From Heterodontus francisci (taxonomy: Eukaryota), in NCBI RefSeq assembly GCF_036365525.1, contig NW_027141290.1, positions 570,062-634,061 on the forward strand: a stretch of 64,000 bases of DNA, written 5' to 3'. The notes beneath the pieces were generated by a model. The model worked only from the letters and a program-made list of their open reading frames with translations, was not told the DNA's origin and did not search any database. A program made the translations under genes and the position numbers. Shown here piece by piece: positions 1 to 13,869 of the stretch. Each line of letters opens with the position of its first letter. Position 1 is the first letter of the stretch.

Positions 1-179
1 CAACGCCAAAGAAATCCCCAGAGCAGAAAGCAGCGCTTCCGAGAAAGTCTACTGTGAAGAAGGCCAAAAAACCCAAGAGTGCCAAGGGCGGAAAGGTGCT
101 CAAGAAAGTTCAATCATCAAGGGGCAAGACCAAGCCGAAAGCAGCAAAGGCTCAGAAAGCAGTCCCTGGAAAGAAGTGA
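1..179 (+). CDS. H1: Histone H1, 3' end (partial, unit A)
   Basis: Frame from nt 3 reads TPKKSPEQKAALPRKSTVKKAKKPKSAKGGKVLKKVQSSRGKTKPKAAKAQKAVPGKK* (TGA 177-179). It matches the C-termini of the H1 copies at 34.5 and 57.4 kb. Confidence 0.9.
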   Translation, partial: TPKKSPEQKAALPRKSTVKKAKKPKSAKGGKVLKKVQSSRGKTKPKAAKAQKAVPGKK

Positions 180-215
180 AACTGCACGGGAAAGTTGTAG
201 ACATCTGAACTCAAA

Positions 216-256
216 GGCTCTTTTCAGAGCCACCCAGTTCTCTCAGGAAAGAGCTG
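216..256 (+). terminator. Histone 3' stem-loop plus histone downstream element (H1, unit A)
   Basis: GGCTCTTTTCAGAGCC-ACCCA at 216-236 and purine-rich AAAGAGCTG about 15 nt downstream. Confidence 0.95.
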
Positions 257-960
257 TTCCCCCGATCAAATGATCCCTGTCCCGCCGCCGTGTGCACATT
301 TCACAGAGAAATGATGGGAAGTAAATGCAGGATCCCTGGTGACTCGCTGACATACACGACACTCAGCCCTTCCCCCACTCTCTGTAACAAAACAGAGGGA
401 TGTCCCGGCCTCACTGTAACTGGGGATCTGTACGGTACATTCTCAGTTCATGCTCGTTTCACTAATTCAGAGTGAGAGGGTCTATCACAGGAATACTGGC
501 GAGAATCCCGCGTCACAACTCAAACACCAATACATGAGTTTCTCTAATTCAGCTGGGGTAAGGTGTTAGCAAAATACTCAATCCGTCTGGGAGGGGAGGT
601 GTGTGGAAACGGGTTGACTTGTGATCGGAAGCACAGTACTTAGGCGGGTAGATGACCAACTTTTCATTGCAACAGATCCTTATTTAACAGCTGCGGGTTT
701 CTGTTATCTTTGACTATAAAGGCCGAGTCTGGAAGTTTTGTGCTGGGCTCTGTTGTTGAGAGTTTTTTTTTGAATTGGCGGTTCGAGCAAGTGGGAGGCG
801 GTGCTGGAGGATGAAAGACATTTCTCTGCTCTGTCTGTCACTCAGTTTCCTCTCCGCCCCGCCTCTCACTCTCTGTCACATTCTCAGTCAGGTCCGGGCG
901 GGCTGTATAAAAACGGCAGCAGAAACAGCTCGTTTCTCATTCAGCAGTGATTTGAGTGAA

Positions 961-1434
<474 letters not shown>

Positions 1435-1919
1435 TAAGTTTACATATCACTGAAATTTCACTGTCTTTTTTTCTTCATTATTTATCGAACACGTCATGAA
1501 TTAAACGGCTGCATTTGATAATTTATACGTCAGGGTCTGAACTGCCGGCACGAAGCGGGATTTACTGCCGTTATTGTAAGAAATGACTGGCGCTTTATTC
1601 CCGCCATAGACCACTGTTCCAACTGTGTTGCAAGACACAGAGGGGGACTCTAGGACGAAAGAAATAAAGCTACAAGGAGTGAGATTTTATAATTGTCCCC
1701 GCCAAATTAGGTGTTTTTTAATCTTTGCCTTGTTTGCTCATCGGAAATTGGCGGGCTTTTTGAAATTGATTAAATTTCAGTTTCAGTTACAGTTCAACCA
1801 ATCAGTGCACAGCATTTCCCGCCGCTCTTTTACTTCCCGGAGCTGGTTTCAAACTTGACTGATGGACGGGGCTGCATCCAATCACAACACAAGGGCGGTC
1901 CCTCTACTGTCTTAAATAG

Positions 1920-2408
<489 letters not shown>

Positions 2409-2622
2409 GTTTGGCATCAAATAACACAACGGCTCTTTTAAGAGCCACCAAATCGGCAAAACAAAGAGCAGCGATCTCCTGTTGTCGATTCCAGCAGAGA
2501 AAACTGTGGTCTAGAGCAGATCACTTTATTGGAGAGCCTATCATTTTGCAAAAGCTTTTGTTGTGCTTAAACGGTAGATTTGTGAAAATGTCACAAGAGG
2601 CGAGCAGTTAAATGCCCGAATC

Positions 2623-2990
2623 CTAGAAGGGAGAAGGCTGAGGGGAGATCTGATTGAAATGTACAACATTTTGGCGGGTCTGGAGAGAGTGGAAGTGAAG
2701 AGTCTTAGCAGAGAGGTCAGTGACTATGGGCCATATGTTTAAAGTGATTGGTAGAAAAATTAGAGGGCAAACGAGGATTTTATTTTCACCTTGAGGGTGG
2801 TGGGAGTCTGGAACTCACTGCCTGAAAGGGTAGTTGAGGCAGAGACCCCCAATTCATTCAAAAGGAATCTGGATATGCATCTGAAGTGTTGTAATCTGCA
2901 GGGCGACGGACTGAATGCTGGACGGTGGGATTAGAATAGGTGGGTCGTTTTTCGGCCGACACCCACACGATGGGGCAAGTGCCCTCTTTC
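2623..2990 (+). mobile_element. CR1-type LINE 3' fragment between H3 and H2A
   Basis: Encodes degenerate RRLRGDLIEMY...WNSLP and a CR1-like 3' UTR. Also at ~31965-32325 (-) and ~60093-60440 (+); absent from unit C (~45640). Confidence 0.8.
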
Positions 2991-3117
2991 TATCCCAACA
3001 CAAAGCAGCGCTAGCATTATAAAATTGCCGCCTCTCAGACAGCAAGCAGCCCTTGAACAGATAAATTGGGTGGCTCTGAAAAGAGCCTTTGGGTTCGCAG
3101 ATTTAAGTCAGGCCGCT

Positions 3118-3507
3118 TCACTTGCTCTTTGTGCTCGGAGCGCTGGTTTTCTTGGGTAGCAGCACGGCCTGGATATTAGGCAGCACAACGCCCTGAGCGA
3201 TGGTCACCCCTCCCAGCAGCCTGGTGAGCTCCTCGTCGTTGCGGACTGCCAGCTGGAGGTGTCTGGGGATGATGCGGGTCTTCTTGTTGTCCCGGGCCGC
3301 GTTGCCGGCCAGCTCGAGGATTTCAGCTGTCAGATACTCGAGCACAGCAGCCAGATAAACCGGGGCTCCGGCACCCACACGCTCAGCATAGTTCCCCTTT
3401 TTAAGGAACCTGTGAACACGGCCCACCGGGAGCTGCATTCCAGCCCGGGAGGAGCGAGACTTGGCCTTGGACCGAGCTTTACCACCGGTCTTCCCTCTTC
3501 CAGACAT
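3118..3507 (-). CDS. H2A: Histone H2A, full-length ORF with unusual substitutions (unit A)
   Basis: 129 aa [23 protein letters not shown]...[14 protein letters not shown]. Stem-loop at 3072-3087 with CCAAT and TATA upstream. Substitutions at conserved sites (L23M, F25L, N94T, G106V) make function doubtful. Confidence 0.8.
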   Translation of the reverse strand: MSGRGKTGGKARSKAKSRSSRAGMQLPVGRVHRFLKKGNYAERVGAGAPVYLAAVLEYLTAEILELAGNAARDNKKTRIIPRHLQLAVRNDEELTRLLGGVTIAQGVVLPNIQAVLLPKKTSAPSTKSK

Positions 3508-4451
3508 TTCCACAATCTGACAAACACTTTCAGGAAGAATGCTGAGAACCGCCCACAATGGTCCTATTTATACCTTCGGGAGGAATGGTGTCGGCGGCAC
3601 TGGTGATTGGTCACTCAGCACTGGGTGTCATTGTACTCTTCATGTGACCAATCAGAGAGCTGCTGAATTCACCAATCCGGAGACGCCAAGGAGATGAGGG
3701 CGGAAAATAACGGAGCGAAATTGTCAGACTGCAAACGATTTTTCAAATTTGAAAAGCCCGCCAATATATTTGTAAAACAAAGAGCGGCTTCAATATAGAT
3801 CATCACATTTTTTGGTAACTTGGTTTTACCGCAAATATTTTAAAATCTTTTTCATATTGTATTATTCTGCATGTGGTAACAATTTCAGATTCGCTTTCAC
3901 ATTCCACCATCTATTCGGGTTCACTCTCTATCCTTTTTGAAACTTTCTATAACCAGCGGACAGAAAGCCTCTTTCACAGCATTCTGTAACCATTTCAGCT
4001 CAATGTTCCTAATGATACCGCATCACTGATTATAGATTGATCCCTATTATTAGTGAGAGACAACAGCGGAGTGTATAATCTTAGTGTCAGGTGTCAAAGA
4101 GTGAGACTGAGGGTTCCCACACCACCGGGGTTTCTAGATAATGTGCTGATTACTTACTGAGGACAAACTTGATCTCGGGATATGAGTGACTGAGAAATGA
4201 TGCATGTGCGTTAAATCAGATTTTATTATCGAAATACAGCAAAGGGGCCGAAAATGACCGAGTCCGTGAACAAAGCTCACAAATGGTCAGTAATTAATGA
4301 TCGGGACATTATTAAGTAGAGACAGGAAGATCGCACGGGCAGTGAAACTGTATTAACCAGAATCTGTGGGATTAAAACAGAGATCACAAAGGCAGTTGGA
4401 AAATACTTGGTAAAAATATCAAAACAAATTGATATTATAGAGATAATGTTG

Positions 4452-6120
4452 TAGCTTTTTGAGAGACGTGGTGGGTGGCTCTTAAAGTTCGGAACTCGCA
4501 GGAGAATACTGAGATACAGACGACTAGGCTAGATGGGATTGAGGTTCACAAGGAGGAGGTGTTAGCAATTTTGGAAAGTGTGAAAATAGATAAGTCCCCT
4601 GGGCCAGATGGGATTTATCCTAGGATTCTCTGGGAAGCCAGGGAGGAGATTGCAGAGCCGTTGTTGTTGATCTTTAAGTCGTCATTGTCGACAGGAGTAG
4701 TGCCGGAGGACTGGAGGATAGCAAATGTTGTCCCCTTGTTCAAGAAGGGGAGTAGAGACAGCCCTGGTAATTATAGACCTGTGAGCCTTACTTCGGTTGT
4801 GGGTAAAATGTTGGAAAAGGTTATAAGAGACAGGATTTATAATCATCTTGAAAAGAATAAGTTCATTTGCGATAGTCAGCACGGTTTTGTGAAAGGTAGG
4901 TCGTGCCTCACAAACCTTATTGAGTTTTTCGAGAAGGTGACCAAACAGGTGGATGAGGGTAAAGCCGTGGATGTGGTGTATATGGATTTCAGTAAGGCGT
5001 TTGATAAGGTTCCCCACGGTAGGCTATTGCAGAAAATACGCAAGTATGGGGTTGAAGGTGATTTAGAGCTTTGGATCAGAAATTGGCTAGCTGAAAGAAG
5101 ACAGAGGGTGGGGGTTGATGGCAAATGTTCATCCTGGAGTTTAGTTACTAGTGGTGTACCGCAAGGTTCTGTTTTGGGGCCACTGCTGTTTGTCATTTTT
5201 ATAAACGACCTGGATGAGGGTGTAGAAGGGTGGGTTAGTAAATTTGCGGATGACACGAAGGTCGGTGGAGTTGTGGATAGTGTCGAAGGGTGTTGTAGGG
5301 TACAGAGGGACATAGATAGGCTGCAGAGCTGGGCTGAGAGATGGCAAATGGAGTTTAATGTGGAGAAGTGTGAGGTGATTCACTTTGGAAGGAGTAACAG
5401 CAATGCAGAGTACTGGGCTAATGGGAAGATTCTTGGTAGTGTAGATGAGCAGAGAGATCTTGGTATCCAGGTACATAAATCCCTGAAAGTTGCTACCCAG
5501 GTTAATAGGGCTGTTAAGAAGGCATATGGTGTGTTAGCCTTTATTAGTAGGGGGATCGAGTTTCAGAGCCACGGGGTCATGCTGCAGCTGTACAAAACTC
5601 TGGTGAGGCCGAACCTGGAGTATTGCGTGCAGTTCTGGTCACCGCATTATAGGAAGGATGTCGAAGCTTTGGAAAGGGTGCAGAGGAGATTTACTAGGAT
5701 GTTGCCTGGTATGGAAGGAAGGTCTTACGAGGAAAGGCTGAGGGACTTGGGGTTGTTTTCGTTAGAGAGAAGGAGGAGGAGAGGTGACTTAATAGAGACA
5801 TACAAGATAATCAGAGGGTTAGATAGGGTGGATAGTGGATAGGGTGAAAGATATAGGACAGATGTCAGAGGTAGTTTCTTTACGCAGAGAGTAGTAGGGG
5901 CGTGGAACGCCCTGCCTGCAACAGTAGTAGACTCGCCAACTTTAAGGGCATTTAAGTGGTCATTGGATAGACATATGGATGTAAATGGAATAGTGTAGGT
6001 CAGATGATCGGCGCAACATCGAGGGCCGAAGGGCCTGTACTGCGCTGTAATATTCTAATACACATCACCAGAGCTCTATGTTCATGAAGGATGGGGTGAA
6101 AACCGTGTTCGTGATTGGCT
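4452..6120 (-). pseudogene. H2B ghost gene (CDS deleted), split by a CR1 insertion at its TATA box (unit A)
   Basis: Half stem-loop TTAAGAGCCACCCA and HDE-like AAAAAGCT at 4452-4485. The promoter part resumes after the LINE at 6059-6120. Compare the uninterrupted copies at 30.7 and 61.4 kb. Confidence 0.7.
4501..6058 (+). mobile_element. 5'-truncated young CR1/HER1-like LINE (RT domain open to 5842)
   Basis: KSPGPDG, NYRPVSLTS, DFSKAFD, GVPQGSVLGP, FADD motifs. Small internal deletion near 5840. 3' UTR GGGCCGAAGGGCCTGT...TTCTAA. Absent from units B and D. Confidence 0.95.
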
Positions 6121-6222
6121 GGTTTACAATGAAGTCAATTCTTGAGATTCTGTATTTATCTGATTGGGTATCTAAAGTAACCAATCAAATTTAGTGCTCG
6201 GCGAAGCCACAACATTTCGCCG

Positions 6223-6778
6223 CAGTCAGCTCATCCATTGCTTTTGCCTGTCACCTATCCACCGATATCCCTGACTTCCTCACTCCCTCTGCTACTCTCT
6301 CTTCAACTGTTTCAGTTCTGTTGGCACCAGCCCGTCACCTTTTTCATTCTGCCCGGATCATTACTCCTCACTTCAGCTTACTCACAGAAGACAAGGTGGC
6401 CGAGTGATTAAAACGATGAACTGCTAATCTGTTGTGATCTGCATGCATGGGTTTGTATTCCATACAACTTGTTTCTGAATGTTTAAAATAAGAGCACCGT
6501 CTTCGTGTTCCATTCGAGTGCGCTGGTTCTTTCTAAACAAGAAATACAGATGTGTAAAATAAACACAGTCACGGTGTTGTACTGGAGTATTGTATCCAGT
6601 TCTGCTCATTTGAGGGTAAAGAGGAGATTTATCAGAATGTGTGAAGTCGGTAGAGATGGGTTTGTTCTGCATTGAATCATCAACATTGAAACAGTTGAAG
6701 AGGCAGTAGTAGAGGGAGTCAGAAATTCAGGGATATTGGTGGATAGGTGACAGGCAAGATCAGTGGACGAGCTGACTG
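6223..6778. repeat. ~90-bp inverted repeats (6223-6314 / 6687-6778) bracketing the tRNA-Ser pseudogene
   Basis: CAGTCAGCTCATCCA...CTTCAACTGTTTCA versus TGAAACAGTTGAAGA...TGGACGAGCTGACTG. Same arrangement in units B and D. Confidence 0.8.
6390..6473 (+). pseudogene. tRNA-Ser(GCT) pseudogene
   Basis: GACAAGGTGGCCGAGTGATTAAAACGATGAACTGCTAATCTGTTGTGATCTGC... aligns with vertebrate tRNA-Ser(GCT) GACGAGGTGGCCGAGTGGTTAAGGCGATGGACTGCTAATCCATTGTGCTCTGC. Stems and B box are degraded. Confidence 0.8.
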
Positions 6779-7680
6779 AAGGGAGATTTACTACAAGCGT
6801 GAAACATCATGACAAGTGAGACAAGGAAGAACAGTTCCCATTAGCTCATTGTACAAGGACATAGTGACAGAAATTGAGGATTTTGGGCAGGAGATTTGGT
6901 GCGAACACGGAGTGAGTGGTTTGGCACTTACTTCCCACAAGGGTGCTGGAAGTAGAGACAACCAATTACTTCAAGAGATTATTTACTCAGCATTTGAAGG
7001 AATTAAACTTGCAGAGCTACAGGGATCGACCGGTGGAGTGAGTGTGACTGGATTGCACTGTGGAGAGCTGTCATGGACTCGATGGGCCAAATAGCCTCCT
7101 TCGGTGTCTGTAAATAACTCTATGTTTAGTATTAGTTTCAGACTGAAAGCTGATCAGTTTAAAGGCTATTTTAAATCTATATTTATTCAAAAAATGATAA
7201 ATTTCTGGGAGACGTACATGGATGATGAGAATCATTTTATAAATTGCATTGACTTGTTCAGTTTTAAAACTGTTTTTTTTTTGTATTTTGTCTGTGTTTA
7301 GCTTGTACTCTGTTCCCATCAGTTCCTGGTCTGTGAGTGTGGGTTTACCTCATTTTATTTCATTCTCTGTTATCTGAGTGTGGGTTCAGTATTTACCCAG
7401 AGCACCGTTTGTGAACTGAACTTTACCTATCTCCCTTTTTATTATTATTTAACAAAGATCTGCACACTCTTGTTTCTGACTGAGAACTCATTTATTAGTT
7501 TAAAGGACATGTCTTCTTTAACATAAATTTCATTGAAAGAAAATTGAACTTCAGCATTGTGGGAGACGCACAGGGATGATGAGAGTCTTTTGTAAGTTTT
7601 AATTTGGAAATCACATTGATCATTTTTAAGTTATAAAATGAAGCTGCATGATACCAGAATTGAGGTCTGACCTGAAGCAG

Positions 7681-7736
7681 AGAACCCATGTCAACTGCTT
7701 GGAAGGCAAATATTCTCAGCACTATACCAACATCAC
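7681..7736 (-). pseudogene. tRNA-Gly(TCC) pseudogene, 3'-truncated
   Basis: Minus strand GTGATGTTGGTATAGTGCTGAGAATATTTGCCTTCCAAGCAGTTGACATGGGTTC resembles tRNA-Gly(TCC). The 3' T-arm and acceptor strand are missing. Confidence 0.75.
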
Positions 7737-8230
7737 TCTGTGAGTTTAACGTACGTAAATGAGTACATTATTCTGTAACATTTATTTTCTGTTATGTGAC
7801 TATGTCTGGTTCCAGTTCATCATGTCAGCCTCTGGTACTCTGTATGAGGTAGGATTAATGTGGACTATGTCAGTTTCTGGTACTGCCTATGAGTGTGAAT
7901 ATATTTCTGTATCCATCAGTCTCTCAAATTGAATGTGAGTGTGGATTAATTCATTTATCATCCGTCTCCGCAACTGACAGTGAGAATGTGATTCATTCAG
8001 TATCTCTCTGTCTCTGGTATTGTTTGTGAATGTGTTGCTTATTCTGTGTTTTTCTGTGACTGGTAGAGTTTGTGAGTGTGGCATTCATTCTGTACCTGTT
8101 AGGAAATATTATTGAATGGCATTGTGGACTCAGTGTTTTTTAGGCACTCCAACTCGATGTGAATCAGATTTGTACTGTGTCTGTCTGTTTCACCTCATGT
8201 AATTGAGTGTGGGATTCATTATATAGCTGT

Positions 8231-8440
8231 NNNNNNNNNNNNNNNNNNNNNNNNNNNNNNNNNNNNNNNNNNNNNNNNNNNNNNNNNNNNNNNNNNNNNN
8301 NNNNNNNNNNNNNNNNNNNNNNNNNNNNNNNNNNNNNNNNNNNNNNNNNNNNNNNNNNNNNNNNNNNNNNNNNNNNNNNNNNNNNNNNNNNNNNNNNNNN
8401 NNNNNNNNNNNNNNNNNNNNNNNNNNNNNNNNNNNNNNNN
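8231..8440. other. Assembly gap (210 N)
   Basis: Run of N. Confidence 1.
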
Positions 8441-9739
8441 ATCTACAAGGCAGTAAAGGGTTATTGGGACAGCCAGGAAAGTGAAGTTAAACACAGTCAG
8501 ATCAGCCATGATCATATTAAATGGCAGAGTAGTGTGGAGAGGCCACATGGCCTACTCTTGGTCATATTTGTTATGTTCTTATGATCTTCTCTTACTTGAC
8601 ATGATTGTGGGCCACATTCTGTATCTTTAAATAACTGGTCCTGTGTGTCAATGTAGGTTCATTCTGAATTTGACAGTCTCTGGTACAGAATGTGTGTTTG
8701 CAATTCATTCCTTATGTATCTGCCTCTGGGGGAGTGTGCAAGTGTGAGATTAATTCTGTATCAGCCAGCATCCGTACTGTGTATGCATGTTGGACCCATT
8801 CAGTATATGTAAGTTATGGGTACTGTGTCTGTATATGTGATTCATTCTCCATCCATTCGGCTCTGGTACCCTGTTTCAGTGTCGGATTCAATTTGCATCT
8901 ATGTGTCTCTGTGTTGTATGTGTCTGTGTGATCCTACTGTATCCTGTATTTAATATGTACCTCAAGCATTCTGTTGGCTACTGTTTCATATTTTTGTGTA
9001 TCAATATTTGTCCCTTGTGTTTAATTTAAAATATGGATTAACTATTTCATCGCTGCCTGTTTTATTCAATTCTCGTACATGAGTTGTGAATTGGTATCCA
9101 ATTCATAGTTCTTCCAAATTAACTGTGAGTGTTAATCTTTCAATCTGATACATGAACTGGTATGGACAGTCAAATTTCTTTGTATTGTAAAAAAATAGAA
9201 TGAATACTGTATGTTTCTGTCTGACCCATAGTGAAATGTTTGGAATTGTTTGAACTGTGTAACTCAGTTAAAATTGTGGGGTACCTGTTGGGACTTATTC
9301 TCTAGCTTTCAATCAGGTAAATTTTGCCTGTTCTAGTTAAGATATCTTATTTGAAATATAGTCAAATTGACAGAGTGTATTTAAATCTGATAATGAGTGT
9401 GATTTTAGACTGGGGTTGATGTATCTACCAGTCAGCTGCAGTGAAAGAGAAACAACTTCAATCTTTCCTGCTCTGCTTGACTGTTGGATTGAAAATGTGT
9501 CTCTTGATCTTGGGATCAGTGTGGGTCTGACTACTTCTTTTGTTTGTTGCAGTGGAAAAGATGAGCTGGCTGTGTCACTGTGCTTTGTGAGTGACACTGT
9601 ATCTGCCTACTGTGTGTTGGAACAAGCTGGCTGCTCTTTTCCTTGTGTCCAGGAGTCAGGACTTTCATTCTGGCTCCTTCAAATGTTTGCCTGCAGGAAG
9701 AAAAAGTAATTCTTAGACTTGAAGAAAGGTCAGTGAGAA

Positions 9740-12700
9740 GAATCACAGAATCATTACAGTGCAGAAGGAGGCCATTTGGCCCATCGTGTTTGCACCGGTT
9801 CTCTGAAAGAGCAACTCCCTCAGTTCCATTCCCCTGCCTTCTCTATATGACCCTGCAAATTCTTCCCTTTCATACAACTGTCTAATTCCCTTTTGAATAC
9901 TTCGGTCAAACCTGCCTCCACCAAATTCTCAGGCAGTGCATTCCAGACCTTAACCACTCGCTGCATGAAAAAGGTTTTCCTCATGTACCTTTTGCTTTTC
10001 TTATCAAATACTTTAAATTTGTGCCCTCTCGTTCTCGATCCTCTCATGAGTAGGAATTGTTACTCTCTATCTACTGTACCCAGACCCCTCATGATTTTGA
10101 ATCCCTCTGTCAGATCACCTCTCAGTCTTCTCTTCCCCAAGTCAAACAGTCCTAACTTCTCCAATCTATCTTCATAACTGAAATTTCTCATCCCTGGAAC
10201 CATACTTGCAAAGTTTCTCTGTACTCTCTCTGATGCCCTCAGGACTTTCCTCGTGTGAGGTGCCCAGAATTGGACATAACACTCCAGCTGAGGCTGAATT
10301 AGTGTATTACAGAAGTTCAACATAACTTCCTTGCTCTTGTACTTTATTCCACTATGAATGAAGCCTCGGATGCTGTATGTTTTATTAAACACATTCTTAA
10401 CCTGTCCTGACACTTTCAATGATTTATGCACAGACACACCTCAGTCCCTTTGCTCCTGCACCCCCTTTAGAATTGTATTTTATTTTATATAACTCCTCCA
10501 TGTTCTTACTACCAAAATGAATCACCTCACATTTCTTTGCATTGAACTTCATCTGCCACCGGGCTGTCCATTCCACCAACTTATCTATGTCCTTTTATAG
10601 TTCGACACTATCCACCTCACGTTTCAAAATGCTTCCAAGTTTCGTATCATTTGCATACTTTGAACTTGTGCACCAAGGTCTCGGAGATTAACCTATATCA
10701 GCCAAAGCTGGGGTCCAAACACTGATCCCTGGAAAACTCCATCACAAGCTTCGTCCAGCCAAAAAACATCCATTATCCACTGCTCTTTGTTTCCTGTCAC
10801 TCAGGCAATTTCGTATCTCGTTGCGACCGTCCATTTTATTGCACGAACTACATGTTTGATCACAAGTCTGTTGTGTGGCACTGTATCAAACGCCTTTTGA
10901 AAGTCCATGTACACCACATCAACAGCATTGCCCTCATCAACCCTCTTTGTTACCTCCTCAAAAGACTTCAGCAATTTGCTTAAACATGATTTTCCCTGAA
11001 GAAATCCATGCTGCCTTTCCTTAATTAACTCACATTTAAAGTCATAGAGTTCTACAGCACATAAATAGGACCTTCGGCCCATCATGTACATGCCGGCCAT
11101 CAAGTACCTAAGTATTCTAATCCCATTTTCCAGCACTTGGCCAGCATCCCTGTGTGCTATGGCAGTTCAAATGTTCATCCAAATACTTCTTGAATGTTGT
11201 GAGGGTTTCTGCCTCTACCATCTCTTCAGACAGTGTGATCTACATTTCAACCATCTTCTGGGTGAAAATATTTTTCCTCAAAGCCCCTTTAAACCTCCTG
11301 TTCCTTACCTTAAATCTATGTCCCCTGATTATTGACATCTCTGCTCAGGGGGAAAAAAATCTATCCTATCTATGCTCCTCTTAATTTTGTTTCCCTCAAT
11401 CAGGTCCCTCCTCAGCCTTTTCTGCTTTAATAGTAGCTGTGACTATTGATTTTGCACCTAATAAATTTTTCTCGATCTTTTCCCAACACTGAATTTAAAC
11501 TAACAGGCCTTTAGTTGATTGGCTTATATTTACAACCTTTTTTGAACAAGCGTGTAACCTTTGCAATTCGGTAGTCCTTTAGTACCACCCCCGAGTCTAA
11601 GGAAGAGTGAAAAATTATGGCCAGATCCTCTGTGATTTCCACCCTCACTTCCCTCAGTTTCCTTAGATGCATCTCATCTGGCTCTGGTGCTTTATCCACT
11701 TTACGTACAGACAGACTATCTAATATTTCTTCTTTATCAATTTTAAAACCCTTTAATATCTGACTTATCTCCTCTTTCAACATTACCAAGGAAGAAGATG
11801 CAACCCAGCCAAAGACAGATGCAAAGTATTCCTTTAATACCTCAGCTATGCCCTCTGCCTCCATGTGAAAATCCACGTTCTGGTCCCTCATCGGCCGCAC
11901 TCCTCCTTTTACCACCTTTTTACTATTTATATGCTTATAGAAAACGTTGGGATTTCCTTTAATGCTCGCTGGCAATCTCATTTCATGTTCTCCCATTGCT
12001 TCTCTTATTTGTTTTTTCACTTCCCCTCTGGACCATCTATATTCAGCCTGGTTCATACTAATATTTTCTACCTGGCATCTCTGAGAAGCACACTTTTTCT
12101 TCTTTATCTTAAACTCTACTTCTTTTGCCATCCAATGAGTTCTGGGTTTGTTTGTTTTAATTTTCCGCTTCAAGGGAACATTCATCGAATGTGCCTGAAC
12201 TATCTCTTCTTTGAAGGTAACCCAATGTTCATCTACCTGTTTTACTGCCAGCTTTAGACTCCAATTTATTCGCCCCAGCTCCATCCTTACCCCGTTGAAG
12301 TTGACTTTCCCCCAGTTAATTATTCGTACCTTGGACTACTCTTTGTCCTTTTCCATAGTCAACCTAAACCGTATGATACAATGATCCCTATCCCTTAAAT
12401 GCACTCCTTATGATACTTGATCCACTTGGTCCACCTCATTCCGAAGAACCAGGTCCAACAGTGCCTCCTTTATCGTTGGACTAGCAACATACTGTTGTAG
12501 AAAATTTTCCTGAACATACTCTCGGCAATCTTGCCCCACACTGCCCTTTACACTACTATTATCCCAGTCTATGTTTGGATAATTAAACTCTCCCATTATA
12601 ACTACCCTACAATTTTTGCACCGTGCTGTAATTTCCTTGCAAATTTGTTTTTCCATGCCCTACCCACTAGCTGGTGGCCTATAGACAACACCGAGCAATG

Positions 12701-13150
12701 TATCTGCAGCTTTTTTGTTCCTTAGCTCGAGCTAAATTGATTCTGTCCTCGACCCCTCTGGGACATCCTTTTTCTCCAGCACTGAAATACTCTCCTTAAT
12801 CAAAACTGACACCCCTCCCCCTTTATTTCCTTTCATGCTTTCCCTGAACAACTTGTATCCAGGAATATTTTACACCCAGTCCTGTCCTTCTTTGAGCCAG
12901 GTCTCTGTCAGAGCCTATTTTTCATCTTATTTCCACATGACAATCTCCGCCTGTACCTCACCAGTCTTATTAACCACACTCCGTGTGTTCACATACATGT
13001 ACCCTGATTCAGACTGTATTACTTTCTCCCTTATTCTGACCCCACCTGATAGCCTATTATTCCCTACTGTTGTGTTATCAGTCTCGCCCAGTGTTCTGTG
13101 CATCTCGGTATCCCTCTCTAATACCTGCAGCTGGTTCCCACACCCCTGAC
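9740..13150 (-). mobile_element. Old near-full ORF2 CR1 LINE, fragmented, with a nested CR1 3' fragment (~11040-11430)
   Basis: Minus-strand ORF pieces in colinear order: YVNTRSVVNK (APE start), VVIMGEFNYPNIDW, KAPEPD, DFQKAFD, QFWAPH, WNALP. Confidence 0.9.
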
Positions 13151-13549
13151 AATTAAATGACATGATACAAAAGTGATCAATGCAATCTTTTCAATAATCA
13201 TCATTATGAACAATCGGAAACGGAAAACCAGCAACTTAAACAGTGTCTGTCTCCTGTAGCACTCTGCTTCTGCTTCCCACCTGTTTGCAGCGGTTGTGCA
13301 ACAGTTTGTCAGATTCAGAAACAACCTATGCCCCTCACCGCTCCATGAATCGGACTTCCCGATGAAGTAGTGACGTCTCCCTTCCCCCCTGCTCACTCCA
13401 TGTTCCGAGACCAGCTTCTGCTCCACAGTGCACATTGCAAACAGTCCCCGACTCCAGCTGAACTTCCCCGCTGTTCAATGCTAATCTCTGAGCACATCGA
13501 CATAAGCTCCCAAACCTGGTGTTGCTGCAGCAAGCAGATGCTGTTTGTT

Positions 13550-13712
13550 CACTGACCCCGGGAACCAGATGTTTCCTTTCGCCGCTGATCTAAACAATCT
13601 TCCGCTCAATCGGTGAATGGAGCTCACAGGCAGAGGGGTGCGCATGCCGTCTTCGCCTCATGATGACGTCATAGTGGGCTGCGTTACATCGCGCGTGCGC
13701 AGATCTCTGCAA
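13550..13712 (-). promoter_or_regulatory. CpG-rich promoter and first-exon module (NRF1-like, CRE, ETS)
   Basis: TGCGCATGCC, TGACGTCA, and minus-strand GCGGAAG followed by donor-like GGG|GTCAGT. Homologous to the modules at 28.2, 37.2, 49.9 and 54.5 kb. Confidence 0.6.
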
Positions 13713-13743
13713 CAATTCAGCTTCAAAACTCAATGGGAACTTT

Positions 13744-13869
13744 GGTCACTGACCCGAAACGTTAACTCTGCTTCTCTTTCCACAAATGCTGCCAGACCTA
13801 CTGAGTGGTTCCAGCATTTCTTGTTTTCATTTCAGATTTCCAGCATCCGCAGTATTTTGCTTTTATTTG
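13744..13869 (+). mobile_element. Penelope-type short repeat, 5'-truncated within the hammerhead motif
   Basis: GGTCACTGACCCGAAACGTTAACTCTG...GCAGTATTTTGCTTTTATTT flanked by a GGGAACTT duplication. Empty site at ~49865; mirror copy at 28047-28171. Confidence 0.7.

Noticed and set aside
3118-3507. H2A.X assignment
   Set aside because: No C-terminal SQ(E/D)(Y/F) motif.
4475-4500. N-terminal extension of the 455-aa RT ORF
   Set aside because: GTG start in flanking ghost-H2B sequence; the LINE is 5'-truncated.
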